Positions 25,551 through 41,292 of a stretch of 64,000 nt of DNA are shown here, piece by piece (within the stretch, counting starts at the first letter, position 1; the number at the start of each line of letters is the position of its first letter). The DNA comes from the human T2T-CHM13v2.0 reference genome, Homo sapiens. Made by a program: the position numbers and the translations under genes. The stretch lies in the NCBI RefSeq assembly GCF_009914755.1, contig NC_060935.1. One strand, given 5' to 3'. The notes beneath the pieces were generated by a model that saw only the letters and a program-made list of their open reading frames with translations, searched no databases and was not told where the DNA came from.

Positions 25551-26913
25551 CTCTTGCCCCCCTGGCTCTTAGGACCCCCATCGCAGGAGGGCAAGGCGCC
25601 CCCCGCGATGCGGGGAGTAAGAGCCAGCCCGCTTGCCTCCCTGGCTCTTAGGACCCCCATCACAGGGGGGCGAGGCGCCCCCCGCGATGCGGGGCATAAG
25701 AGCCAGCCCCGCCTGTCCCCCTGGCTCTTAGGACCCCCATTGCAGGGGGGCTAGGCGCCCCCCGCCATGCGGGGAGTAAGAGCCAGCACCTCTTGCCCCC
25801 CTGGCTCTTAGGACCCCAATCGCAGGGGGCGAGGCGCCCCCCGCCATGCGGGCAGTAAGAGCCAGCCCCTCTTGCCCCCCTGGTTTTTAGGATCGGCGGT
25901 GGACTCACAGCCTGTTTATCATATTGTGAGTAATATCATCTCCCCCTCTGGAGATTATGAACCGTTTCACACACCGGTGTACACCGTTTGTGTACAGAGG
26001 TTGTACACCCGTCTGTATTGGGAGTCATATCATCCTCTTCCTCCCTGAATATTAGGAACAGTATCACAGGGGTGTTCCTACTCCCTGGGATATCAGGTGT
26101 CATGTCCTCCTCTCCCACGTTGCAATTAGAAACGATATCATTGCGGGCTTGTCCACCTTCTGTGATATTGAAAGTAATATTATCCTCTTCCCTCCAGGAT
26201 CATGGGAACGATATCCTTGGCGGCGTCCACTTTCTACCATATATGTAGTCATATCACCTCCTCCGATTTGGAATATTTTTGAGGACCATCTCACACGGGG
26301 GTGTACACTTCCTGCGATGTTTGGAGTAACAGCATTCTCTTCTTCCATGAATATTAGGAGCAAAATCACCGGGTGGATGCACACCCAGTGCTATATTGGG
26401 AGTAACGTCATACTCCACCCCTTGGAGATTATATTCGGATCAATATCACTGGCTGGGTTTACACCTACTGCGATATTGAACGTAATATCATGCTCTCTCC
26501 CTCCCTGGACATTAGGAGCAATATCACAGGTGGGTGTACACCCACTGAGGTATTAGGGCATAATATTAGTATGAATTATTCCTCATTTATTATTAACATG
26601 AATATGAATGGCCGATATTAATACTAATATTAAGAAATAATTTCTAATAAAAAGTTTTCAGATTATTGTTAATATTAATTATTAGGAGCCAATATTACTG
26701 TTTTCTAATGAATAAGATCAATATCAGTTATTAATATCAGGCGTCATTAATCAATATTAATCATGCATTGTTATCATTAGTATAACTATTTAATATTAAT
26801 TATCATTATCGGTATTGATTTTAAAAATTATATTATGGGTTATTAATATTGATAATTATTAGTGTCCATTAACAATTGAGATTATTAATTGCAGTAAGTC
26901 ATTGCGCCATTCC
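25550..26913 (+). repeat. Satellite cassette 1: GC-rich 79-80-bp units (x~4, to ~25890), ~75-bp SATR1-type units, AT-rich block (~26560-26890)
   Basis: gagccagc recurs at 25621, 25700, 25780, 25859; then gatattgggagtaatatcatcctctc units. Confidence 0.85.
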
Positions 26914-29900
26914 ACCCCTCCCTCGGCAGCTTGTTTATGACCCAAAATGGGGACACAAATGCCCCTGAGAGAGCAGCAGTATACTGGGATAGATGAGGAT
27001 GGTCAAGTGCTGGAGAGGCGTGTTTTTGGCTACCAGTCCTTCACCTGCGTCGATCTTCTCAACTGGAAAAACAATACACCGCCCTATAGCGAAAAGCCAC
27101 AAGCCCTAATTGATTTGCTCCAAGCTGTTATCCAGACCCACGACCCCACCTGGGCTGATTGGCACCAGTTGCTCATGTTCCTCTTTAACAGCGAAGAAAG
27201 GCGGAGAGTCCTCCAAGCAGTAACTAAGTGGCTAGAGGAACACGCACCAGCTGATTATCAAAACCTCCAAGAGTATGGAAGGACCCAGTTGCCAGGAACC
27301 GACCCCCAGTTGGACCCACATGAAAGAGAGGAGATGCAAAGGCTAAACCGAGACAGGGAAGCTCTCTTGGAAGGATTAATGAGGGGAGCTCAGGAAGCCA
27401 CAAACGTTAACAAGCTCTCTGAGGTCATTCAGGGAAAAGAAGAAAGTCCAGCACAATTGTATGAGAGAGAATTGTGGGAGGCCTATCGTATGTATACTCC
27501 CTTTGATCCCGATAGCCCTGAAAATCAGCGCATGATTCACATGGCTTTAGTCAGTCAAAGCGCAGAAGACATGAGAAGAAAACTGCAGAAACAGGCTGGG
27601 CTTGCAGGGATGAATCCACCACAATTACTAGAAATAGCTAGCCAGGTGTTTGTAAACAGGGATGCAGTAAGCCCTAAGGAAAATGGCAAAGAGAATGGAA
27701 GTCAGGCCCGGTGACACGACGACCTGTTTGTCAGCTGCAGCAATCAGAGGGGCCCCCCCAAAGAGGCAAGGGAAGGGGGGCCCTGGGAAAGAAACTCAGC
27801 TTGGCTGTCAGAGTTTGCAGCATAACCAGTGTGCTTATTGTAAAGAAATAGGACAGTGGAAGAACAAATGCCCTCAGCTCAAAAGAAAACAAGGTGACTC
27901 AGAGCAGGAGGCCCCGGACAAGGAGGAAGGGGCCCTGCTAAACCTGGCAGAAGGGTTCTTGGACTGAGGGAGACCCGGCTCAAGCGTTCCCAAAGAGCCT
28001 CTGGTCAGAATGACAGTCGGGGGTGGAGACATTGACTTTCTTGTAGATAGCGGTGCTGAACATTCGCTAGTAACCGCCCCGGTTGCCCCCTTATCCAAAA
28101 AGAATATTGATGTCATCGGAGCCACGGGGGTTTCAGCAAAGCAAGCTTTCTGCTTGCCTTGCACTTGTACTGTAGGAAGACATAAAGTCATTCATCAGTT
28201 TTGGTACATGCCTGACTGTCCCTTGACCTTTTCGGGAAGGGACTTGCTCAGCAAGCTGAGAGCCACTGTCTCTTTGACAGAGCACAGCTCTTTACTGCTA
28301 AAGTTACCCAGAACGGGAGTCATTATGACCCTTATGGTCCCCCGAGAGGAGGAATGGAGACTTTTCTGAACTGAGCCGGGCCAAGAGAGAAGACCAGCTC
28401 TGGCTAAGCCGTGGCCAAGAGTACGGGTAGAAGACAACCCTCCGGGATTGGCCAGTGAAGACGGGCCCAGCCAGTGAGGCAAAAATAGGACCTGGTCCCC
28501 AGAGAAGCCCTTCAAGGTATCCAGGTCCGTCTCAGGCACCTAAGAACTTTTGGAATTATTGTTCCTTGTCAATCTCCATGGAACACTCCCCTCCTGCCTG
28601 TTCCCAAGCCACGGACCAAGGACTACCGGCCGGTACAGGATTTGCGCTTGCTTCATCAAGCTACACTGACTTTCCATCCAACAGTACCTAACCCATCCAT
28701 ATTGTTGGGGTTGCCGCCAGCTGAGGACAGCTGGTTCACCTGCTTGGACCTGAAAGACGCTTTCTTTCCTATCAGATTAGCCCCTGAGAGGCAGAAGCTG
28801 TTTGCCTTTCAGTGGGAAGATCCGGAGTCAGGTGTCACTACTCAGTACACTTGGACTGGGCTTCCCCAAGGGGTCAAGAACTCCCCCACCATCTTCGGGG
28901 AGGCGTGGGCTCACGACCTCCAGAAGTTTCCCAGCAGAGACCTAGGCTGTGTGTTGCTCCAGTAGGTTGATGACCTTCTGCTGGAACACCCCACGGCAGT
29001 CAGGTGTGCCAAGGGAACAGATGTCCTACACCGGCACCTGGAGGACTGTGGGTATCAGTTGTCCAAGAAGAAAGCTCAGATCTGCCGACAGCAGGTAAGT
29101 TTCTGGGGATTGACTATCTGACAGGGGTCGGAACGCAGCCCGGGATCAGAAAGAAAGCAGGTCATTTGCAATCTAGCGGAGCCTAAGAGCAGAAGGCAGG
29201 TGAAAGAATTCTTAGGAGCTGTGGGGTTTTGTAGACTGTGGATCCCAAACTTTGCTGTATTAGCCAAGCCTTTGTATGAGGTCACCAAAGGGGCGGGGAC
29301 CGGGAACCTTTGGAATGTGGATCCCAACAACAGTAAGTCTTTCATGAGTTAAAGGAAAAACTTCTGGCAGCGCCAGCCCTGGGGCTACCTGATCTGACAA
29401 AGCCTTTTCCATTGTATAATCAGAGAGAGAAAAGATGGCAGCTGGACTTTGAACCCAAACTGTGGGGCCCAGGCCTAGGCCGGGGTCCTACCTCTCTCAA
29501 CAACTAGACTGGGTCTCTAAAGGATGGCCCCCCTGTTGGAGGGCCTTGGCAGCAACTGCCCTGCCAGTACAAGAAGCAAATAAGCTGACTCTTGGGCAAA
29601 ACCTGAACATAAAGGCCTCCCATGCTGTGGTGACTTTAATGAATACTAAAGGACATCATTGGCTAACGATGCCAGACTCACCAAGTACCAAACTTTGCTC
29701 TGTGAAAATCCCCATATAACCACTGAAGTTTGTAACAGCCTACACCCCGCCACCTTGCTCCCGCTATCAGAGAGCCCTGTCGAGCCTGGTTGTGTAGAAG
29801 TGTTGGACACAATTGACTCTAGCAGACCTGACCTCCGGGGCCAGACTTGGGCATCAGTAGACTGGGAACTATACATGGATGGGAGCAGCTTCTTCAACCC

Positions 29901-30980
29901 CCAAGGAGAGAGAGGTGCAGGATATGCAGTGATAACCCTGGACACTGTTGTTGAAGCCAGATCGTTGCCCCAGGGCACTTCAGCCCAGAAAGCTGAACTC
30001 ATTGCTTTCATTCGGGCCTTAGAACTCAGTGAGGGTCAGACTGTCAACATTTACACTGATTCTCAGTATGTCTTTTCAACCCTTCAAGTGCCTGGAGTGT
30101 GATAGAAAGAAAAGGGCCTATTGAACTCTGGGGAAAAAGACAGAAAATATCAACAAGAAATCTTGCAATGATTAGAAGCAGTATGGAAACTCCACAAGGT
30201 GGCAGTTATGCATTGCAGGGGACACCAGTGAGCTTCCACCTTGCTGGGTTTGGGGAATTCCCGCGCTGACTCAGACGCTCGAAAAGCAGCATCTGCCCCC
30301 TTCTGGGCATCAGTGCTCCCTCAAGCACCTGATCTTGGACCTACTTCTAAAGAAGAAAAGGACTTTCTCCAGGTAGAGGGAAGGACAAGTGATGGAGGAA
30401 GGATGGATTCGGTTAGCAGATGGGAGAGTAGCTGCGCCACAGCTGCTAGGAGCTGCAGTTGTACTGGCTGTGCAAGAAACCACCCATCGAGGTCAGGAGT
30501 CACTGGAAAAGTTGTTAGGCTGGTATTTCTACATCTCACCTTTGTCAGCCCTTGCCAAAACTGTGAGGCAGCGGTGTGTTACCTGCCGACAGCATGATGC
30601 GAGGCAATGTCCAGCCGTTCCGCATGGCATATGAGCTTATGGAGCAGCCCTCTTTGAAGGTCTCCAGGTGGACTTCACAGAGATGCCAAAGTGTGGAGGT
30701 AACAAGTATTTACTAGTTGTTATGTGTACCTACTCTGGGTGGGTGGAGGCTTATCCAACACTAACTGAGAAAGCTCGTGAAGTAACCCCTGTGCTTCTTT
30801 GAGATCTGATTCCTAGATTTCGACCGCCCTTATGGATCGGCTCAGACTACGGGCCTGCGTTTTTGGCTGCCTTGGTACAGAAGACGGCAAAGGTATTGGG
30901 GATCACACGGAAACTGCATGCCGCCTCCCGGCCTCAGCGTTCCGGAAAGGTGGAGTGGATGAATCGGACTATCAAAAATA
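26914..30980 (+). mobile_element. Truncated LTR-less HERV-E-type gag-pro-pol (~4.1 kb), defective, copy 1
   Basis: Gammaretroviral capsid ORF 26947-27714, zinc knuckle CAYCKEIGQWKNKC, protease FLVDSGA, RT LDLKDAFF/LPQG, RNase H YMDGSS/SAQKAEL, integrase ending at GKVEWMNRTIK. Confidence 0.9.
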
Positions 30981-33487
30981 GTACTATTGTCTTCCCCACT
31001 GGATATGTAAAACAACACCACAAGCGGCGTCAAACGACCTGCTAAATTTGAGGGAATGTTATCCTCTCCCCCCCTCCCCCGGCCCCAGATATTAGAGACA
31101 ATAACAAAGGGGTGATGTACACCCACTGCTTTATTGGGAGTAATATCATCCTCTCCCTTCCTGGATATTAGGAACAATATCACACTGTGCGTGTACGCCT
31201 GTCGCGAAATTCAATGGAATGTCATCCTGCGCCTCCCTGGATATGACGAACAATATCACGGAGGATGTACAACTTCTGAGATTTTGGGAGTGATATCATC
31301 CTCTTCCCTCTGGAAGTTAGGGACAATATCACAGGGGTAGTGTACACCCTCTGGGATGTTCGGACTAATATCATCCTCCCGCCCACTGGATATTAAAAAC
31401 CATATCACAAGGGGCGTGTACACACACTTCGATATTGGTATGAATACCAACCTCTCCCTCTTTGCATATTCGGTGCCATATTTCAGGTGGGGTTTACACC
31501 ACCTGCAATATTGGAAGTAACATGATTTTCTCCCCCCCGGATATCAGAAACAATATCACAGGGGGTTGTGAACAACCCCTGCGATATTTGGAGTAATATC
31601 ATTGACTCCCCTCACGATTATTAAGAACAATATCGTAGGGGTGGGGGATGTACACCCCCTTTCATATTTGATATCATCCTCTTTCCCCCTGGACATTAGG
31701 AGCAATATCAGGAAGGGATGCACAGACCCTGCGACCTTTGCTGTCATAGCATTGTCTCTCCCCTAGATATTAGGAAAAAATGTCACTAGCGATGTGAACA
31801 GCCCTGCGATATTGAGAGTAGTATCATCCTCTCCCCCTTCCATATTGGGAACAACATCACAGGTGGGGTGTACTGCCTCTGTGATATTGGGAGTGAAATT
31901 TTCCTCTCTTCCCCTGCACATTAGGAAGGGTATCAGAGGGGGAGGGTGTACATTCCCTGCGATATTCAATGTAACCTTATCCTCTCCCTCCCAGGGTATT
32001 CAGAACAATATTACAGGAGGGGTGCACACCCTCTGTGATATTGAGAGTCATATCATCCTCTTTCGCTCTGGATATTAGGAACAATATCACAGGGTTGTGT
32101 ACACCCCCTGCGATATTGGGAGTCGTATCATCCTTTCTCCCTGTGGATATTAGGAAGAGGATCACAGGGCTATGGAAACCCCCTGCGGTCCTGGGAGTAA
32201 TATCATCCTCTCTCCCTCTGAAAATAGGAAGATTTTCACAAGGGTGTGTACACCCCCTGCGATATTGGGAGTAAGATCATCCTCTCCACCCAGGAAATGA
32301 CTAACAAGGTCACGAGGGGGTGTACTCCCCCTGCGATATTGGGAGTAATGTCGTCCTCCCCAAACCTGGATGTTAGCAACGAGCTCACAAAGGGGGTGTA
32401 CACACCCTGCGACATTGGAAGTAATATGATCCTCTCCCCACCTGGACACTGGGAAAGATACCACAGCGCGGGTATACGTTTCCTACGCTGTTGGGAGTAA
32501 TATCATTCTTTTCCTTTCTAGATATTAGGGAGAATATCACAGGGGTCCTGTACAATTACTTTGACATTGGGAGTAACATCATCCTCTAGTTTCCTGGATA
32601 TTGGGCACAAAAACACAAAAGGGTGTACAACCCCTGCGATATTGGAAGGAATAGAATACTCTCCTTCCCTGGATGTTAGAAAACAATATCACCATGGCTG
32701 AACACCCCCCACCATAATGGGAGTCATGTTTACTCTTTCGCAGGCCATTTGGAACAATATCACAGGGGGTGTTTACAAACAGGGGTGGTGTACACCCCCT
32801 GTGATATTGGGAGTAACATCATTCTCTCCACCTCCGGATATTAAGAACAATATCCTGGCGGGAGGTGGTACACCCCCAGTGATATTGGGAATAATGTCAT
32901 CCTCTCCTTCCCTGGATATTAGGAACAAAATCACAGGGGGGTGTACACCTTCTGTGATATTGGAAGCAATATCATCCTCTCCCGCGCTGGATATTAGAAA
33001 AAAATATCACTCACGGTGTACACCCACTGTGATATGAGGAGTAATATCTTCCTAGGGTATTACGAATAATTTCACAGTCTGTACACACATGGTGTACACT
33101 CACTGTGATATTAGGAGTAATATCTACCTAGTAGATAACAAATAACATCGCAGGGGGTACACCCACTTTGATATTAGCTGTAATATTTTTCTAAGTTGTT
33201 ACAAATAAGATCACAGAGTGTACAAACATGGTGTACACTCACTGTGATATCAGGAGTCATATCTCTGTAATACATTATGAATAATATCACAGGGTGTACA
33301 CCCACTGTATTATTAGGAGTAATGTCTCTGTAGGATATTACAATTAAGATCACAGGGTGTAGAGCAACCATGATATTAGGAGCAATATCTTTCTAGGATA
33401 TTACAAATAATATCACAGGGTGTACACCCACTCTGCTGTCAGGAGCAATATCTCCCTAGGATATCAAAAATCCTATCACAGGGTGTC
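30981..33487 (+). repeat. SATR1-type (~75 bp) then SATR2-type (~63 bp, from ~33005) satellite array
   Basis: Units ggatattaggaacaatatcacagggg-tgtaca-cccctgcgatattgggagtaatatcatcctctccc and gatattaggagtaatatctccctaggatattacaaataatatcacagggtgtacacccactgt. Confidence 0.85.
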
Positions 33488-33711
33488 CAACCTCTGCCTT
33501 CTAGGTTCTAAGGGATTCTCCTGCTTCAGCCTCCCGAGTAGTTAGGGTTATCCGCCACCAGGCCCGGCTAATTTTTTTTTTTTTAATTTTCACTGGAGAC
33601 GGGGTTTCACCACGTTGGCCAGGCTGGTCTGGAACTCCTGACCTCAGGTGATCCATCAGCCTCGGCCACCCAAAGTGATGGGATTACAGGTGTGAGCCAT
33701 GGTGCTGGGCC
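33488..33711 (-). mobile_element. Partial AluS fused to the satellite end (paralog at ~60102-60317)
   Basis: aacctctgcct...gacctcaggtgatcc...ggattacaggtgtgagcc; tail end replaced by satellite. Confidence 0.8.
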
Positions 33712-34346
33712 AAGAGTTATAGATTCAATTCATTTGGAAACACAGCTCCCATCTTTGAGTGTGCATGTACCTTTATGAAGAAATGATGTCAGAAAACCGA
33801 AGGATGATGATAAATATGAAAAGTAACAGGCATGGGAAAAGGTCTTCCGATTGAGAACTATAACGTTTGATTTCGTTTTCAGATAATGGGGTCCTAGCTC
33901 TTGTGTCGTCCTTTTACATATTCTACATCAATGGAAGTTGTAGCACGGTGTCAGAATAAAGTACAGTGTATTTCACGGCTTCTTAATTTCTTTCAATTAG
34001 ACTGAGATCTTTTTCTTAAAGAGAGAAGGACATTGTCATTGCATTGTATTTTTTTCTGAAAAGGGTAGGCCGTATTTTACTGAGATCAAGGATTTGTTAT
34101 AAGACGTTTTGGTCTTCTAATATTCTTCAGTGGATTTTCTCTAAAGTAGTATGTACAGAAAGCCTTGTATAGCAAAAAAGTAAATCACGTAATAATTCTG
34201 AGATTTTTTTGGAATTGTCACAACTGAGAAACATTGCTGGCGGTGTATGGTCCACAAGTGTGAAAATGTTCCTTCTGAATTGCTTGCATCAAGCATTAAG
34301 GGCTGGTTTTTATCTTTTATTTTTCCAATCCTCTTTCCTTCTCAAG

Positions 34347-35348
34347 GTGTCCAAGACACACAGAGCCACGGAATCTCACAGGTGTCTGAGAATTCCTCCT
34401 CCTTGGACTCCCAGAGGATCCAGAACTGCAGCCGGTTCTCGCTTTGCTCTCCCTGTCCCTGTCCATGTATCTGGTCACGGTGCTGAGGAACCTGCTCATC
34501 ATCCTGGCTGTCAGCTCTGTCTCTCCCCTCCACACCCCCATGTACTTCTTCCTCTCCAACCTGTGCTGGGCTGACATCGGTTTCACCTCGGCCACGGTTC
34601 CCAAGATGATTGTGGACATGCAGTCGCATAGCAGAGTCATCTCTCATGCGGGCTGTCTGACGCAGATGTCTTTCTTGTTCCTTTTTGCATGTATAGAAGG
34701 CATGCTCCTGACTGTGATGGCCTATGACTGCTTTGTAGCCATCTGTCGCCCTCTGCACTACCCAGTCATCGTGAATCCTCACTTCTGTGTCTTCTTTTTG
34801 GTGTCCTTTTTCCTTAGCCTGTTGGATTCCCAGCTGCACAGTTGGATTGTGTTACAATTCACCATCTTCAAGAATGTGGAAATCTCTAATTTTGTCTGTG
34901 ACCCCTCTCAACTTCTCAAACTTGCCTGTTCTGACAGCGTCATCAATAGCATATTCATATATTTTGATAGTACTATGTTTGGTTTCCTTCCCATTTCAGG
35001 GATCCTATGGTCTTACTATAAAATCGTCCCCTCCATTCTAAGGATTTCATCGTCAGATGGGAAGTATAAAGCCTTCTCCACCTGTGGCTCTCACCTGGCA
35101 GTTGTTTGCTGATTTTATGGAACAGGCATTGGCATGTACCTGACTTCAGCTGTGTCACCACCCCCCAGGAATGGTGTGGTGGCATCATTGATATACGCTG
35201 TTGTCACTCCCATGCTGAACCTTTTCATCTACAGCCTGAGAAACAGGGACATACAAAGTGCCCTGCGGAGGCTGCTCAGCAGAACAGTCGAATCTCATGA
35301 TCTGTTCCATCCTTTTTCTTGGTGGGTGAGAAAGGGCAACCACATTAA
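34347..35348 (+). pseudogene. OR7E87P: Olfactory receptor family 7E pseudogene, copy 1
   Basis: [44 protein letters not shown]; in-frame stops 34387-34389 and 35110-35112; no N-terminal ATG; 1-bp frameshift near the C-terminus. Symbol from recalled gene order. Confidence 0.8.
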
Positions 35349-36110
35349 ATCCCTACATCTGCAAATCCTGCCCCTTAGTCACATTCTTTTTGTGGCTTGA
35401 TGGCTTTTATTCCTTTCCGCATTTCCTTTGTGAATATTGCTTTCTTCGTTATGCCTTTCACTGGAATGGATGAGGATTCTGGGATCCTTTGTTTAGCAGA
35501 AACCTCATGACAGAATCCTCTATACCTAGGCGGCCTCTTTTAGTTTCTGAGCAATAACCCTGTCATCCAGGTGGAATCACAACCATCTTTTTATATACTC
35601 GAAGTCCTCACTTCGTTTTGGAATTCCCTGAAAACTGACTTTATGGAAACAATGTACAGGAGGTCCTCCAACACCATTGGTTGTTCAAAGTTGTGTAGTT
35701 ATACTGTTGATGAAAAATAAGTGGTTTCACTATACATAATTTGCTTCAAGGTGAAGTTTCCAACAGACTTTCAAAGATGTTAAGTGAGGACATACTGTAC
35801 ATCAAATTCATATCCTCTTCCACAGTCCATGTGGAATTTCTTTATAAACTGCTTCTAGAGAATCTATTTAGGCAGGTTCTGTGTAGAGATCCATGTCGCC
35901 GTTCCTCAATCTTGGCTTTGAGTCAACTCACCTGGGGAGCTTACAAATGATGAGGCCTGGGTCTCAATACCTGAGATTCTGATTTCTTTGCACCTGTGTG
36001 AGTATGTGGATTTTTTTTTTTCTTTTAAAGCACCAGAGGTGGTTCCAATGACGAAGTTTTTAGGGGCATCAAGCTCCAATGAATAAGAACAGAAATTAAT
36101 TGTAATATGA

Positions 36111-36558
<448 letters not shown>

Positions 36559-36890
36559 TAGATTTATACACACATTGGTTGCTGCTTTGTTATACACTTG
36601 CATATACATAAGATGGGAAATAGAAAACAATAAAATGGGCACAGTATACCTGAAGTTTCACATTCCGAGACATTTTAAAAATATTTGCTCTTCAGAAATT
36701 TGTTTCAATGAAGAAACTGTGGTATACACAACCAGTGAAGTATTATTCAGCCTAAAAAGGAAGAAAATCCTCTCCGCTGCAGACAAAATGGATGAGATTG
36801 CCGGTCTGTATATTAAATGAAATAAGCCAGGCACAGAATAACAAATATTTCATGTCCTCACTTCTGTGTTTGAAGAAAAAAGGAAACCTT

Positions 36891-37170
36891 GGCCAGGTGT
36901 GGTGGCTCAGGCCTGTAATCCCAGCACTCTCGAAGGCCAAGTCGCACGGATCACTTGAGTCCAGGAGTTCGAGACCCGCCTGGCCAACATGGTGAATCCC
37001 CGTCTCTACGGAAAACACAAACAATGAGCCGAGCGTGGTGACGCGTGCCTGTAGTCTCAGCTACTCAGAGGGCTGAGGCCCAAGAACCGCTTGAACTCGG
37101 GAGGCGGAGCTTGCAGTGAGCCCGGATTGTGTCTGCGTACTCCAACCTGGGCAACAGAAAGAGACTCCAT
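36891..37170 (+). mobile_element. Alu within an L1 3' fragment (paralog at ~63505-63785)
   Basis: ggccaggtgtggtggctcaggcctgtaatcccagcac...; flanked by L1-type aatgaaataagccaggcacag. Confidence 0.8.
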
Positions 37171-37459
37171 CACACACCTATACACAAAAGGAATCTCAGG
37201 AAGGTGGAAAGTATGAAGGTGGTTAGCAGACGCTAGGAAGGAAAGGGATGGGATAGGGAATGAAGACAAGTGGATAATTGGGTCCCAAAATACAGAAAGA
37301 TGGAATAAGTGAGTTCTAGTGTTTGATAGTACAGTATGAAAATTTTAGTTCACAAGAATTGTTGTATATTTCCAGATGCTTTGGTAAGAAGCTTCCTAAC
37401 TTTCTCATTATGCTGATTTTTAAGCTCTTCTCTTTCTGCTCTTGAAATCATGCTGGGTT

Positions 37460-37760
<301 letters not shown>

Positions 37761-37804
37761 CATGCTGTATCCTTATCTGTTGTCTGTTGTTGTTTGTCTG
37801 TTTT

Positions 37805-39860
<2,056 letters not shown>

Positions 39861-40278
39861 GGATGTTTAAAAAGAAAAGAAAGAAGCGAAGAATACACAC
39901 CAGCTTTCTCCTGATTCGAGGAAGAGCCCCAAAGCTTCTATGGACACTCACTTTTCTCTTCTTCTTCTTGCATTATTATAAGGAAATCCTTAGAGGTTGG
40001 GGAACTTGGGTGACTTTGGCTAATAAGGAGCTCTGTGCCTTGAGCCCCCCAGGCCACAGAATAGTAAATAGTCAGTCTGTGCCTCCAGCCCTGCAGTGTG
40101 AGGTTCCAGTCCTGTGGGCTCCACTCCCGTCACCTGTATCAGGAGGCTCATGTCTCATCCTGTCTTCTTGCCAGCCTTGAGGACGGAGTCTGAGCCTCCA
40201 TGGTGCACCACACAGGGAGGACAGTGGACCTGTTCTCCGTGGTCATGGCCCAGCAGAGGGGAAGGGCAGTTCAGTGAG

Positions 40279-41292
40279 TGCAGGCAAAAGAAAGAACAAT
40301 CAGACTGTTACTGTGTCTATGTAGAAAGGAAAGACATAAGAGACTCCATTTGGAGAAAGACCTGTACATTCAACAATTGCTTTGCTGAGATGTTGTTAAT
40401 GTGTAGCTTTGCCTCAGCCACTTTGACCCAACCTGAAGCTCACAAAAACATGTGTTGTATGAAATCGAGGTTTGAGGGATCTAGGGCTGTTCAGGACGTG
40501 CCTTGTTAACAAGATGTTTCCAAGCAATATACTTGGTAAAAGTCATCGCCATTCTCTAGTCTCAATAAACCAGGGCACAATGCACTGTGGAAAGCCGCAG
40601 GGAGCCCTGCCCTTGAAAGCGGCGTATTGTCCAAGGTTTCTCCCCATGTGATAGTCTGAAAAGTGGCCTCATGGGAGGAGAAAGACCTGACCATCCCCAA
40701 GCCCGACACCAGTAAAGGGTCTGGCTGAGGTGGATTAGTCAAAGAGGAAAGCCTCTTGCAGTTGAGAGAGAGGAAGGCCACTGTCTCCTGCCTGCCCCTG
40801 GGAACTGAATGTCTCTGTATAAAACCCTATTGTACATTTGTTCAATTCTGAGATGGGGGAAAAACCGCCCTATGGTGGGAGGTGAGACATGTTTGCAGCA
40901 ACGCTGCCTTGTTATTCTTTACTCCACTGAGATGTTTGGGTGGAGAGAAACATCAATCTGGCTGATGTGCATGTCCAATCATAGTACCTTCCCGTGAACT
41001 TCATTATGACATAGATTCTATTGCTCACATCTTCGTTGCTGACCTTCTCCTTATTATCACCCTGCCCTCCTACTACATTCCTTTTTGCTAAAATAATAAA
41101 AATAATAATCAATAAAAACTGAGGGAACTCAGAGGCCAGTGCCAGTGCAGATCCTTGGTATGCTGAGCGCCGGTCCCCTGGGCTCACTGTTGTTTCTCCA
41201 TACTTTGTCTCTGTGTCTTATTTCTTTTCTCAGTCTCTCATCCCACCCGACTAGAAATACCCCCAGGTGTGGAGGGATGGGCCACCCCTTCA
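40279..41292 (+). mobile_element. HERV-K(HML-2) solo LTR, LTR5A-like, 1014 bp
   Basis: TG...CA termini; atcagactgttactgtgtctatgtagaaag head; ccaccccttca tail; perfect 6-bp TSD AGTGAG 40273-40278 / 41293-41298; AATAAA 41111-41116. Confidence 0.9.

Noticed and set aside
26947-27714. 255-aa Gag capsid ORF as a domesticated gene
   Set aside because: No LTR/promoter seen, frameshifted before the nucleocapsid, and the paralogous copy is disrupted; consistent with chance retention
30981-33487. CRISPR-like look of regularly spaced palindromic repeats
   Set aside because: No unique spacers (the whole unit repeats), no cas genes, primate context; it is a tandem satellite
34444-35112. 222-aa and 216-aa (61078-61728) OR ORFs as functional receptors
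   Set aside because: Bounded by shared premature stops, lacking the N-terminus and TM7, with the conserved Arg of MAYDR mutated
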